Shown here: piece by piece, positions 19,727-30,462 of the stretch
How the letters are laid out: every line of letters starts with the position of its first letter
Position numbering within the stretch: position 1 is the first letter of the stretch
Source of the DNA: a phage
Direction: 5' to 3' (one strand)
Length of the DNA: 64,000 bases
Sequence record: PQ724394.1
The notes under the pieces: model-generated
What the model was told of the DNA's origin: nothing
The model's database searches: none
What the model saw: only the letters and a program-made list of their open reading frames with translations
Translations under genes and position numbers: made by a program

Positions 19727-20214
19727 TTGGTAATAATCTCGATGATGTCATCACGTGACAGGGAGTTGATAAGAACCGTTTTAGGGTTTTCACACTGGAT
19801 TTTATACGTTTCGAACATCACGCACAATTCTTCAGCGGTATGGTAAGGGCTCGAAATGCCAAGGCGATTAAACTTATCGCTTAATGGGTCGCAAATCAAA
19901 TAGAATGTGATTCCAGCGATTTTGACATTAGGCTGACTGATATTAATGAATACCTCAGCATCATACTTGGAAAGGTTGTTTTGGAGAAACTCAACCATAG
20001 AGTTAACAGCTTCCGGCATGGCTTCACGCTTTTCTTCTGCATAACGGGTAGAGTATTCTTTTTGCTTAATTTTCTTTTTAGCATTTTTAGCTAAAGTAAC
20101 ACGAAGATCGGTTAGGTACCCTACTGCACGAGAACCTTTAAAAACTTGGATACCGTCAGTAGAGTCACCAAAAGCTTTAACAACCATTTCGTTGGTAATC
20201 ATTTGCATATTCAT
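19714..20214 (-). CDS. Hypothetical protein (166 aa); Alc-like by position and length
   Basis: T4 alc sits beside the pseT.x genes and is about this length; no motif support. Confidence 0.4.
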   Translation of the reverse strand: MNMQMITNEMVVKAFGDSTDGIQVFKGSRAVGYLTDLRVTLAKNAKKKIKQKEYSTRYAEEKREAMPEAVNSMVEFLQNNLSKYDAEVFINISQPNVKIAGITFYLICDPLSDKFNRLGISSPYHTAEELCVMFETYKIQCENPKTVLINSLSRDDIIEIITKCLN

Positions 20215-20244
20215 TTTGTTTTCTCCTCATTAGTTGGTAAGTCT

Positions 20245-20273
20245 ATACTAACACATCATGAGGAGATGTAAAC
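20245..20273 (-). promoter_or_regulatory. Early-promoter cassette (GTTTAC -35, 17 nt, TAGTAT -10)
   Basis: Family member upstream of 19714-20214, followed by GAGGAG RBS. Confidence 0.45.
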
Positions 20274-21421
20274 TACTCTATCACAATTTCTTTCAAATAT
20301 TTTTCAGGGATTTGGGCCTTATGATTTTTCAAGAACACAGAGTTAATCTGGTCCACGACTGTATCATAATTAATACCGTCTACGTACGCCTGCATAAGAA
20401 TAGAGAACAGCCCTGGGAAGTCTTTGAGGATTAACTGACCGGTAACAGCGTAGTCTTTACGGTCACGACCCTTGAGCTGAGAATATGCTGCTTCTAACAA
20501 AGCCAAGGACTGTTCTAAGTAGTCTAAATGGATACGTTCAAATGCATTGATTTTCTCGATAGCAAATGAATCGGTGCTGAACAAACCTCGGAGGTCATCA
20601 GTTCCACCAGCCACTACAACTTCAAACAAACGTTCGTTATTGTTAATGGAATCTTTGGTATGATGCAGTGCGCTATACCAAGCGGTTTTGAGTTTAAAGA
20701 ACGTGCCATCTTTAAGTACAAAGATAAAGCCTTCAATACCCTCTTGTTTACGGATATTGTCAACAAAATCACCTTCAGAGAGTTCATAGCTTTTAACCAA
20801 ATGCTTACGCAGAGCGCCATCTTTAAACAGTTCAGCATAAGGGATATACTCACCCGTTTCGTTATTACGAACGTTCAGTAAGATAAGGTTTGTTTCTTGG
20901 TAAGCCAGCACAATACGGTTAGTAGGCGAAACATACTCGAGGTTGCATGTGTAGCCTGCTTTAGTAATTTCTTCTAAACGAGCAGCGAAGGCCTCGTTTT
21001 CAGGGAGTCGAAGGAAACGTAAAGAATCATGTACCATCGACGAATGGATAGAGCCTTTAGATTTAACAGAAAGATATTGTCTGTCCATGAAGGTAGAAAT
21101 CAAGGAACCATCTTCCTTAGCCATTACGAGGTCGATATTTTCTTGTGATAAATCTAAACCAATAGTCAACGGGTTTTCATCGAGATTAAAGAACTTTTGC
21201 ATAGGACGAGCAGCGATACGTACCGGACCATTCTCGTCCATTTCAAACATAATGCCTCGGCACTCTAGTGCGCCGTCTTCCAACCAATCACTGTATGATG
21301 CATAGTTATAACTAAAGATGCGATAGTTGACTCCTAGAGCACTCTGGAAGTCTTTAAAGAAGAACTTAGATTTAGTTGAGTTTTTAACCAAAGTCATCAA
21401 GTTATCATATAATTCAATCAT
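20273..21421 (-). CDS. rnlA: RNA ligase 1
   Basis: Nucleotidyltransferase lysine motif (MAKEDGSLIS, KxDG); 382 aa; position as T4 rnlA. Confidence 0.85.
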   Translation of the reverse strand: MIELYDNLMTLVKNSTKSKFFFKDFQSALGVNYRIFSYNYASYSDWLEDGALECRGIMFEMDENGPVRIAARPMQKFFNLDENPLTIGLDLSQENIDLVMAKEDGSLISTFMDRQYLSVKSKGSIHSSMVHDSLRFLRLPENEAFAARLEEITKAGYTCNLEYVSPTNRIVLAYQETNLILLNVRNNETGEYIPYAELFKDGALRKHLVKSYELSEGDFVDNIRKQEGIEGFIFVLKDGTFFKLKTAWYSALHHTKDSINNNERLFEVVVAGGTDDLRGLFSTDSFAIEKINAFERIHLDYLEQSLALLEAAYSQLKGRDRKDYAVTGQLILKDFPGLFSILMQAYVDGINYDTVVDQINSVFLKNHKAQIPEKYLKEIVIE

Positions 21422-21831
21422 TGCTTTATCCTATGTTGGGTATTCCAAGGTGGATTAAATTTCTTTATGAACATTGGCTCTTCAAGAGACATGGTCTCAA
21501 CTGACATAGTTCCAAGTTCGTTAGTCATCGACAGATTAAAGCACTGTCTAGCATAGAACTCTACCTTTTTACCTGCCATTAATGCTTCATGAATCAGAAT
21601 GGACTTGGTCGAATCCGACGTTTGGTCCTTACGATTAATAGCTGTTCGGTAGTAGTTGATGCGCTTACGAAGATTTTTAGTCTTCCCGATGTAGACTAGT
21701 ATATCATCAACCGCTATAGCATATATGACATTTTGTTTGTTTGGAACCGTGATAGGGGCTATAGTAGCATCTGTTTGGAGCTCCAGTGTAACGTACTTGA
21801 TAAAGCTAAATTCATCTGCGATTTCTTTCAT
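21418..21831 (-). CDS. denA: Endonuclease II (GIY-YIG family)
   Basis: MKEIADEF.. N-terminus, VIYAIAVDDILVYIGKTKNLRKRINYYR GIY-YIG-like motif; 137 aa from ATG 21831 (track start lies inside a hairpin). Confidence 0.85.
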   Translation of the reverse strand: MKEIADEFSFIKYVTLELQTDATIAPITVPNKQNVIYAIAVDDILVYIGKTKNLRKRINYYRTAINRKDQTSDSTKSILIHEALMAGKKVEFYARQCFNLSMTNELGTMSVETMSLEEPMFIKKFNPPWNTQHRIKQ

Positions 21832-21839
21832 AGCAATAA

Positions 21840-21853
21840 GGGGCCGAAGCCCC
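21840..21853 (-). terminator. UUCG-tetraloop hairpin between nrdB and denA
   Basis: GGGGC-cgaa-GCCCC. Confidence 0.5.
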
Positions 21854-21858
21854 ATTCC

Positions 21859-23037
21859 TTAAAAATATTTCTTGTATGACGCCATTACTTTTTCATCGAC
21901 ATCATTATCAATTTGTGCTACAAGGTAAGAACTGATTTCCACTTCCTGAGGAGCAGCCTGTACAGCATCAGAGTTCAGGTATTCACGAATCCAAGGATAT
22001 GGATGGCGAGTAGGGGCATCAGTAATAGGACATGGTAAGCCACATTGCTTCATACGAGAAACTGTCAGGTAATCGACAAAAGCACCCATGTTCTGAGTAT
22101 TTAATCCAGGGCAAGTACCATCTTTGAACAGGTGGGCAGCCCACTCTTTTTCTTGTCGGTTAACTTCCATGAAAATATCAACTGCTTCTTGTTCACACTC
22201 TTGGGCAATTTTAACCCATTCATCACCATCTGTACCAAGCTGGAGTTGACGGATAATGTACTGGGTGCCTTTAAGGTGAAGCTGTTCATCACGTGCAATG
22301 AACTTCATAATCTTAGCATTACCTTCCATGATTTCCATATTCTTATGGAAGTTAAAGGTACATGCGAAAGATACGTAAAAACGAATAGCTTCCAATGCGT
22401 TGATTACATGCAGGCAGAGGTAAAGAGAGCGCATTAGTTCACGTTTCCAATACATTTCATGCTCTATGGCATCTTCAATATCATCTTCGTCTGAGTTAAT
22501 TTCTTTTTGGTACTCAATATCAGCTTTAGCATTCTGCCAATATCTAGTTTTCTCAATAACATCGTCATAATAACGACCAATAGATTCAGCACGTTTCATG
22601 ATAGCTTCATCTAACAGAATTTCATCAAATACCTTAGATGGGTCTGTATAGAGGTTACGCATGATATGGGTATAAGAACGAGAGTGAATGGTTTCACTAA
22701 AGGTCCATGTAGCCACCCAAGTATCAAGGCTAGGGTCTGAAATCAAGGCTTGGAGTGCAGCAGACGGCGCACGTCCCTGGATACTATCCAGAAGTGATTG
22801 ATACTTCAGGTTATTGGTAAAAATATTTTGCTGGAATTGTGGAAGCTTATTAAACTGGGCAGCATCCATCATCAAGTTAACTTCTTCAGGACGCCAGAAG
22901 AAACTCAACTGTTTTTCACAAAGCTCTTCGAATACTTTATGACGTTGGATATCGTAACGAGCAATACCCAATCCTGAACCAAAGAACATCGGTTCGACTA
23001 AAACATCAACTGGGGTAGTATTAAAAACTGTAGACAT
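21859..23037 (-). CDS. nrdB: Ribonucleotide reductase small subunit (class Ia)
   Basis: Start taken at MSTVFNTTPVD.. as in T4 NrdB; one contiguous ORF. Confidence 0.9.
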   Translation of the reverse strand: MSTVFNTTPVDVLVEPMFFGSGLGIARYDIQRHKVFEELCEKQLSFFWRPEEVNLMMDAAQFNKLPQFQQNIFTNNLKYQSLLDSIQGRAPSAALQALISDPSLDTWVATWTFSETIHSRSYTHIMRNLYTDPSKVFDEILLDEAIMKRAESIGRYYDDVIEKTRYWQNAKADIEYQKEINSDEDDIEDAIEHEMYWKRELMRSLYLCLHVINALEAIRFYVSFACTFNFHKNMEIMEGNAKIMKFIARDEQLHLKGTQYIIRQLQLGTDGDEWVKIAQECEQEAVDIFMEVNRQEKEWAAHLFKDGTCPGLNTQNMGAFVDYLTVSRMKQCGLPCPITDAPTRHPYPWIREYLNSDAVQAAPQEVEISSYLVAQIDNDVDEKVMASYKKYF

Positions 23038-23090
23038 GTTATTCTCATTTGTTAGTGACTCATCCATGAGTCAATTATAATCAGATTTTA

Positions 23091-25346
23091 TTAAAGCTTA
23101 CAAGCTGCGCAATCATCGGCTTTAGGAGTTTCGATTTCATAATCGTCAGTACCAGAGCCATCACGGGTATTATGATAATAAAGGTTCTTACCACCAAAGT
23201 ACCAGAAATATAACAGGTCATCAAGCATTACTGACATAGGAACTTTTCCTTTCTCATAATTCTGAGGGTCGTAATACGTATTCGCTGATGCTGATTGGCA
23301 AACCCATTTCAACATAATTGCTACTTGGGTAAGATAAGGTTTATTACCTTTCTTAGCGAGGCTCCAAGCGTAATCATAGAGGCCTTGGTTATGTTCTACA
23401 TTAGGAACTACCTGACGGAAGTTACCTTCTTTAGATTCTTTAATACTTACCGGGCCACGCGGAGGTTCGATACCGTTTGTAGAGTTGGAAACTTGGCTGC
23501 TTGACTCGCATGGCATAAGTGCTGATAATGTGCTATTACGGATGCCATGTTTAGCCAAGTCTTCCCGCAACGACGACCAGTCACAAACATAGTTTGGGGC
23601 TGCGATTTGGTCAATCTTTTTATTGTACCAGTCGATAGGAAGCTCGCCTCGAGACCATTTAGTGTCTGAATAATACTCGCAAGGTCCTTTTTCTTCGGCC
23701 AACTTGATTGATGCTCGGATAAGTCCATACTGTAATCTCTCAAACAGTTCATGAGTTAAATCGTTTGCGTCTTCATAAGAAGCAAAGTTGCTTGCCAGCC
23801 ATGCTGCGTAGTTAGTAACACCCACACCAAGGTTACGACGTTTCTTAGCCTTCAGAGCTTCAGGAACAGGATAGCTTTGATAATCTAATAGGTTATCAAG
23901 TGCACGTACCTGTACTTCAGCGAGTTCGTTGATTTTGTCTTGGTCTTGCCAATCAAAGTTATCCAACACGAATGCAGACAGCGTACACAACCCGATTTCA
24001 GCGTCCGGACTATTCACATCTGTAGTCGGGATAGCAATTTCACAGCATAGGTTACTCTGGCGAATAGGAGCCTTTTCACGAATAAATGGTGTGAAGTTGT
24101 TAGTGTTATCAACAAACTGAGGATAAATTCGTGCAGTGCCTGAACGTTCGGTCATGAACAATTCAAAGAGGTCACGTGCTTTAATACGTTTCTTGCGAAT
24201 GCTAGGGTCCTTTTCAGCCGCTTCATACAATTCACGGAAACGTTCTTGGTCTTCAAAATAAGAATAATAAAGCTCGCCGCCCATTTCATGAGGACTGAAC
24301 AGCGTGATGTAATCATTTTTACCGAAACGTTCCATCATAAGGTCATTCAACTGGATTCCGTAGTCCATATGACGAATACGGTTCTCATCGACACCTTTGT
24401 TGTTTTTCAGAACGAGCAGATTTTCAACTTCCAAATGCCAAATAGGATAATAAGCAGTAGCAGCGCCGCCACGGATTCCACCTTGTGAACATGATTTAAC
24501 AGCAGTCTGGAAATGTTTCCAGAATGGAATAACACCGGTATGCTTGACTTCACCCATGCCAATACGAGAACCTTCAGCACGAATCATACCAACGTTGATA
24601 CCAATACCTGCACGTTTAGAAATGTATTCAATTATTGAGTTAGCGGTTTTGTTAATAGATTTCAGCGAGTCGCCTGCTTCAATAACCACACAAGAACTAA
24701 ATTGACGGGTTGGAGTACGTGCTCCTGCCATAATAGGAGTAGGCAACGAAACCTGACGAGTACTTACAGCGTCATAAAAACGAATAATATGTGCCAAACG
24801 GTTACCTGGCTCGTCTTGGTGTAAGGCCATACCAATACACATAATAGCGAACTGAGGGGTTTCGTAGATTTTACCGGTTGTTTTATCTTTAACCAGATAT
24901 TTCTCTTTCAGCTGCATTGCACCCGCATAGGTCAATTCAAAATCGCGTTCATGCTTGATATGAGATTCTAAGAAAGTAATTTCTTCTGCAGAATATCGAG
25001 ACAGCAATTCGGGGTCATATTTACCTTCGTTAACACAATAGGAAATATGGTCAATAAAACTGCGTGGTTCAAACTGACCGTAAACTTCTTTACGCAGTGC
25101 AAACATCAATTGCTTTGCAGCAACATACTGATAGTCAGGCTCTTCAACCGAGATAAGGTTAGCCGCCACCTTAACAGTCAGATTTTGGATATCTTTGGTG
25201 GTCATACCATCACGAAGGTGGGTTTTGATTTCTTCGTATAATTCATAGGGGTCGATTTGGGTTCCTTCACAGCCCCAAGTCAGAACTTTAATAATTTTTT
25301 GTGCGTCAAAATCTTGGGATACACCACTACTCTTTTGTACTTGCAT
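23091..25346 (-). CDS. nrdA: Ribonucleotide reductase large subunit (class Ia)
   Basis: 751 aa; C-terminal CAACKL tail; T4 NrdA-like. Confidence 0.95.
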   Translation of the reverse strand: MQVQKSSGVSQDFDAQKIIKVLTWGCEGTQIDPYELYEEIKTHLRDGMTTKDIQNLTVKVAANLISVEEPDYQYVAAKQLMFALRKEVYGQFEPRSFIDHISYCVNEGKYDPELLSRYSAEEITFLESHIKHERDFELTYAGAMQLKEKYLVKDKTTGKIYETPQFAIMCIGMALHQDEPGNRLAHIIRFYDAVSTRQVSLPTPIMAGARTPTRQFSSCVVIEAGDSLKSINKTANSIIEYISKRAGIGINVGMIRAEGSRIGMGEVKHTGVIPFWKHFQTAVKSCSQGGIRGGAATAYYPIWHLEVENLLVLKNNKGVDENRIRHMDYGIQLNDLMMERFGKNDYITLFSPHEMGGELYYSYFEDQERFRELYEAAEKDPSIRKKRIKARDLFELFMTERSGTARIYPQFVDNTNNFTPFIREKAPIRQSNLCCEIAIPTTDVNSPDAEIGLCTLSAFVLDNFDWQDQDKINELAEVQVRALDNLLDYQSYPVPEALKAKKRRNLGVGVTNYAAWLASNFASYEDANDLTHELFERLQYGLIRASIKLAEEKGPCEYYSDTKWSRGELPIDWYNKKIDQIAAPNYVCDWSSLREDLAKHGIRNSTLSALMPCESSSQVSNSTNGIEPPRGPVSIKESKEGNFRQVVPNVEHNQGLYDYAWSLAKKGNKPYLTQVAIMLKWVCQSASANTYYDPQNYEKGKVPMSVMLDDLLYFWYFGGKNLYYHNTRDGSGTDDYEIETPKADDCAACKL

Positions 25347-25412
25347 AATTTCCTCAATATGTTAGGTTCTACATCTATAATAACATAGAACCTGTTAAGC
25401 ATGGACTGATAT

Positions 25413-25706
25413 TTATAGGTCTTCTAATGAGAACGTATCTTTGAAAAGTTTGTTAACAACCAGGGCTATCACATCCCCATAACAGTCCTTAGGTTTACAG
25501 GTGCACGCTATTCGCATACCTCTAAGGGTTTCAAGGTGTTCTCTTTTAATTTCACCCGATTTTATTTTAGCAATAAAGTATTCTTTAAAGTTCTTGATGT
25601 TTTCCTCGCGGGTACCGTCTTTAAATGGATTACCCCACATGGTTCCACGCTGGATATTGACATCAAAATCTTCTTTATACTTGTTAACAACTCTACAGAC
25701 TCTCAT
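25413..25706 (-). CDS. Hypothetical protein with WGNPF motif and Cys cluster (start uncertain)
   Basis: MRVCRVVNKYKEDFDVNIQRGTMWGNPFKDG...ACTCKPKDC; track start is TTG overlapping td 3' end, internal ATG used. Confidence 0.4.
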   Translation of the reverse strand: MRVCRVVNKYKEDFDVNIQRGTMWGNPFKDGTREENIKNFKEYFIAKIKSGEIKREHLETLRGMRIACTCKPKDCYGDVIALVVNKLFKDTFSLEDL

Positions 25707-25767
25707 TATAGCACCAAATTCAGCCCAATCATAATAACCAAAAATAAGGTACCAGCGATTTGAATTT

Positions 25768-26624
25768 TCATACAGCCATCTTAGCCTTAATAGTAGGGTG
25801 CGATTCGTAACCTTTAAGAACAAAATCAGACGGCTTCATTGAATCAATCCAAGACAGTTGTGTCTTAGTGTCCCAAAGAATAAATTCTTCCGGTAAATTA
25901 ATTTCAAGTTCACAAAGCTCTTTAGGTTCGCGACGAAGAACTTCTTGGCATTGTTCAACGTGATTAGAATAGATATGCGTATTGCCGCCTGAAAACACTA
26001 AATCGCCAGGAATAAGATTACACATCTTAGCTACAATATGCACAAGAGCGGCGTAAGAGGCGATATTAAATGGTAATCCTAAGAACACGTCAACAGAACG
26101 TTGATACCACTGGAGGTCAAGATGACCGTTACGAACGTTGAACTGATAAAAACAATGACATGGTGGAAGAGCCATCTGGTCGATTTCAGCCGGGTTCCAT
26201 GCGGATACGATTTGACGTCGGTCATTAGGCATCTTTTTAATACGGTTGATAATTTCTACAACCTGGTCGACACCACCAAAATCTCGCCATTGTTTCCCAT
26301 ATACAGGACCGAGTTCACCGCTATGATAACCTAAATCTTTGGCCTGATTTTCATAATTCTCGTCCCAAATAGTTTTACCGTCAATTAATGAACCGTGAGT
26401 ACGGAAACGAAGGTCATTAACGTTAGTTGAACCCGAAAGGAACCAAAGGAGCTCAGCAATACAGGCTTTCCATGCTAATTTTTTAGTTGTTACTGCAGGA
26501 AAGCCTTTAGTTAAATCAAAACGTAATTTAGTACCGAACAGCGCAATTGTACCGGTACCGGTACGGTCGTCAGTTTCGTAGCCATTTTCCAGGATATCTT
26601 TAATTAAAAATTGATATTGTTTCA

Positions 26625-26625
<1 letters not shown>
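25768..26625 (-). CDS. td: Thymidylate synthase
   Basis: MKQYQFLIKDILENGYETDDRTGTGT.. matches T4 Td; one contiguous ORF (track start is an upstream TTG). Confidence 0.95.
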
Positions 26626-27747
<1,122 letters not shown>

Positions 27748-27757
27748 TATATTTTCC

Positions 27758-27997
27758 TCACGCTTTCTTAGCAACTTTCCAGTCGGCTTTAAATTGGTCA
27801 ACATCAGAATGGTGAATCCAGAAACCAGACGAGCTACCATCTTCATAAAGAGGACAACCATCACACTCATCTTTCCAGCCCATTTCACACAAAGCTTGTT
27901 CGGCTTTTTCCAGAGCTTCCGGATTGTTACCTTGGATTGTGAAGTACCATTTGCCTTTAACTTCAGAATCTTTAATTGATTCGCGTTGTAATTTCAT
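27758..27997 (-). CDS. Hypothetical protein (79 aa), Cys-containing
   Basis: ORF with RBS and promoter-like cassette upstream. Confidence 0.5.
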   Translation of the reverse strand: MKLQRESIKDSEVKGKWYFTIQGNNPEALEKAEQALCEMGWKDECDGCPLYEDGSSSGFWIHHSDVDQFKADWKVAKKA

Positions 27998-28055
27998 TTT
28001 ATTCTCCTCAAGTTGATAAGGCTATGGTAGTGATACTATAGCCTTAGGTAAACAC

Positions 28056-28283
28056 TTATTTTTGAATTAAGCCCATATAAAATTCAGCGTCTTCAGCATG
28101 CATACCATCGCAATATTCATCAGCCATAAAGCGGGTAAGGTCTTCAAGAGGACCTTGAACTTCAATTTGCATACTAAAGAATTGCGTATCTTTAATATAG
28201 GTCATAACTAAAGAAGGATAACGATTACGGATAACTTCGTAAGTGTATTCAAAATCAACGATATCAATATTAACTTTAGCCAT
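28056..28283 (-). CDS. Hypothetical protein (75 aa)
   Basis: ORF with ATGAGGAAAATAAA RBS and canonical cassette upstream. Confidence 0.5.
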   Translation of the reverse strand: MAKVNIDIVDFEYTYEVIRNRYPSLVMTYIKDTQFFSMQIEVQGPLEDLTRFMADEYCDGMHAEDAEFYMGLIQK

Positions 28284-28307
28284 TTTATTTTCCTCATGTA
28301 GTTGATA

Positions 28308-28341
28308 GGTCTATAGTATCATGCCTATAGACCTTGTAAAC
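28308..28341 (-). promoter_or_regulatory. Canonical early-promoter stem-loop cassette (GTTTAC -35, 17 nt, TACTAT -10; stem GGTCTATAG/CTATAGACC)
   Basis: Minus strand GTTTAC at 28341-28336, TACTAT at 28318-28313; 9-bp inverted repeat with 8-nt loop. Confidence 0.55.
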
Positions 28342-28343
28342 AT

Positions 28344-28604
28344 TTATTTTTGAATTTTATCAAGCCATTTACCAAGCTTAATCATTTCTTTGGTAGCTTT
28401 TTCCATACTTCTGAATTTAACCAGTAAGGGTTGAGCATCAACACCCATAACTAAAGTGGTTACAAGGCTATGTTCACCTACAAGCCATAATGAATACGTT
28501 TGGACATCGAGGCCGTAATTTCGGTCTTTATGAACTCGTATACCCATCACTTCAAATTTCTCACTGGCTTTTTCTACTGCATCCAGGAAATCATCTTTAG
28601 TCAT
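28344..28604 (-). CDS. Hypothetical protein (86 aa from internal ATG)
   Basis: Track ORF overlaps upstream gene; ATG at 28604 follows upstream stop by 1 nt. Confidence 0.4.
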   Translation of the reverse strand: MTKDDFLDAVEKASEKFEVMGIRVHKDRNYGLDVQTYSLWLVGEHSLVTTLVMGVDAQPLLVKFRSMEKATKEMIKLGKWLDKIQK

Positions 28605-28605
28605 G

Positions 28606-28986
28606 TTAGGCCTTAAAAGTTTTTTGCAAAAGTTCAATAATTTGGTCGACGTTCTGTTCAGTGACAATGCAATGGATTTGGGTCACGCCGGTCTTAGTAA
28701 CAGGTTTGTCAACTTCATCTTCGTCATATTCACGGAAGCAATAGAACTCATCTTCATGCAATTCAAAATATTCCTTTAGTGTCCCGTCCGAACTAAAAAT
28801 CTCACCATTCGCACATTTGATTTTAGTTACAAATTTATCCCCATCCGAGGTCATTGTATCCTTTACTTCAAACCATCCACCGTTTTCTTGGATAATATCG
28901 ACCATATCATTATTATTGATAGGGCTGATATTAATAAAGGCTTTGATACGCTCACGGCGAAGTTCATATTTTTTACCGATTTCCAT
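28606..28986 (-). CDS. Hypothetical protein, tandem paralog 1 (126 aa)
   Basis: Shares ME.GK.Y...NGG.F.V.D......D..V.K.....G ... YFEL.E.EF pattern with the adjacent ORF. Confidence 0.5.
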   Translation of the reverse strand: MEIGKKYELRRERIKAFINISPINNNDMVDIIQENGGWFEVKDTMTSDGDKFVTKIKCANGEIFSSDGTLKEYFELHEDEFYCFREYDEDEVDKPVTKTGVTQIHCIVTEQNVDQIIELLQKTFKA

Positions 28987-28988
28987 TT

Positions 28989-29357
28989 TTAAATTCCAAA
29001 GGTAGTTTTAATCAAGGCAACAACTTCTGCCGCATTTTTATGATTTACCTGCACATGAATGGTTTGGGTATCAACAGCAGGAGCATCGCCATCAACTTCT
29101 ATGAAGTGTTTGAATTCCCATTCAGCGAGTTCAAAATACTCGTCAGCATTATCATAAACAGACTTCAGGATGGTACCATCTTTCATTTCAACTTTTTCGA
29201 CAAAATAATCACCGTCGATATAACACATGTCCAGGACTTTAAAGGAATTGCCATGTTGTTCCATAATCTTAATCATACGCGAATTGTTAGCAGGACTACA
29301 AGCGATGAATTGTTTTTTGGCAGCAGGGTCTAATACGTAAAATTTACCAGTTTCCAT
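28989..29357 (-). CDS. Hypothetical protein, tandem paralog 2 (122 aa)
   Basis: Paralog of 28606-28986; own promoter cassette upstream. Confidence 0.5.
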   Translation of the reverse strand: METGKFYVLDPAAKKQFIACSPANNSRMIKIMEQHGNSFKVLDMCYIDGDYFVEKVEMKDGTILKSVYDNADEYFELAEWEFKHFIEVDGDAPAVDTQTIHVQVNHKNAAEVVALIKTTFGI

Positions 29358-29431
29358 TTTTATTTCCTCATGTAGTTGATAAGTCTATAGTATCATGTTT
29401 AAAGGAGTTGTAAACCATTAAATGCCAAAAA

Positions 29432-29449
29432 GGAAGACCGAAGTCTTCC
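29432..29449 (-). terminator. Rho-independent terminator after gene 32 (UUCG hairpin + U-run)
   Basis: GGAAGAC-cgaa-GTCTTCC; on minus transcript followed by UUUUUGG. Confidence 0.65.
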
Positions 29450-29466
29450 CATTATAAATCAATAAC

Positions 29467-30372
29467 TTATAGACCAGCTAACAGGTCGTCCAGACCATCG
29501 TCATCAGAAGGACTTACTGATGGTTCAGGAGTAGTGGAACGGGTCGGTGTAGACGGTTTGGAATCATATGCATCAAGGTCTGCACTGAATGCGTCCAGGT
29601 CATCACCAATCTTATCTGCAGCTGCAGAAGCTTTAGCGGCAGCACCACCAAGAGCAGCAGTACCAACAACTTTCTTAAACTTAGCTTCGTTAGTTTCAAA
29701 GGATTTGAACTCGAGCAGTTTAGAAAGGTCGTGCATTTCTTCCATCAATTTAGCTTGGTAAGCTTCATCATTGATGTTAGGAATTTCAGACTGACCCATG
29801 AATTTGGAATCGTCGTAGTTTTTGAAGTCACCAACTTTCTTAGATTTCAGTACGAAGTTAGCACCATCAAACGGACATGTTACGTCAACCGGCACTTCAC
29901 CAATATCAGTATCAACTTCAACCATCTGGTTGATTTTATCCATAATTTTCTGACCAAAACGGAATTTAAACACTTTACCTTCGTTAGCAGGCACTGCACT
30001 ATCCTTAATAACAAGGATGTTAGCCCAGAAGGAAGTTTTACGTTTCATCAGTTTGTATTCGGCGTTATTAGTATTATACGTATCGTTCTGGTTCATGTAT
30101 TTACATACAGGACAAGAATCGAAATCACCGTGAGTAGACGTACAGTTTTCAATGTACCATTGACCATTTTTCTTAAAGCCGTGGTTAACGAGCTTAACGA
30201 ATGGAGATGGATTTTCTTCGTTTTTCGAAGGTAGGAAACGAATTACCGCAGTACCAACACCATTGTCATCTTTCAATTTCCATTCAGCTTTATCATCGGA
30301 AGAGAAAGAAGAACCACCTTTCATTGCAGACAGTTGAGCAGCCAGTTGGGAAGGGTCTTTACGTTTGAACAT
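29467..30372 (-). CDS. 32: Single-stranded DNA-binding protein gp32
   Basis: 301 aa, T4 gp32-like N-terminus ([14 protein letters not shown]..), zinc-site Cys/His, acidic C-terminus ..DDLLAGL. Confidence 0.95.
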   Translation of the reverse strand: MFKRKDPSQLAAQLSAMKGGSSFSSDDKAEWKLKDDNGVGTAVIRFLPSKNEENPSPFVKLVNHGFKKNGQWYIENCTSTHGDFDSCPVCKYMNQNDTYNTNNAEYKLMKRKTSFWANILVIKDSAVPANEGKVFKFRFGQKIMDKINQMVEVDTDIGEVPVDVTCPFDGANFVLKSKKVGDFKNYDDSKFMGQSEIPNINDEAYQAKLMEEMHDLSKLLEFKSFETNEAKFKKVVGTAALGGAAAKASAAADKIGDDLDAFSADLDAYDSKPSTPTRSTTPEPSVSPSDDDGLDDLLAGL

Positions 30373-30462
30373 ATTATTTACCTTAGCAGATTTTAGCAGT
30401 TGTATTTTATTAACAGTTTTTAACAGATTGAGTTAGTATATTAACACATTTAATATGAAGCA
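30373..30462 (-). promoter_or_regulatory. Gene 32 5' leader (candidate autoregulatory translational operator)
   Basis: About 90 nt AU-rich leader with repeated UUAA(A/U) elements upstream of the gene 32 start. Confidence 0.4.

Noticed and set aside
28012-28052. Promoter cassette upstream of ORF 27758-27997 listed as a defined promoter feature.
   Set aside because: GTTTAC is present but no acceptable -10 hexamer lies at 16-18 nt; probably a degenerate family member, so it is mentioned only in the cassette finding.
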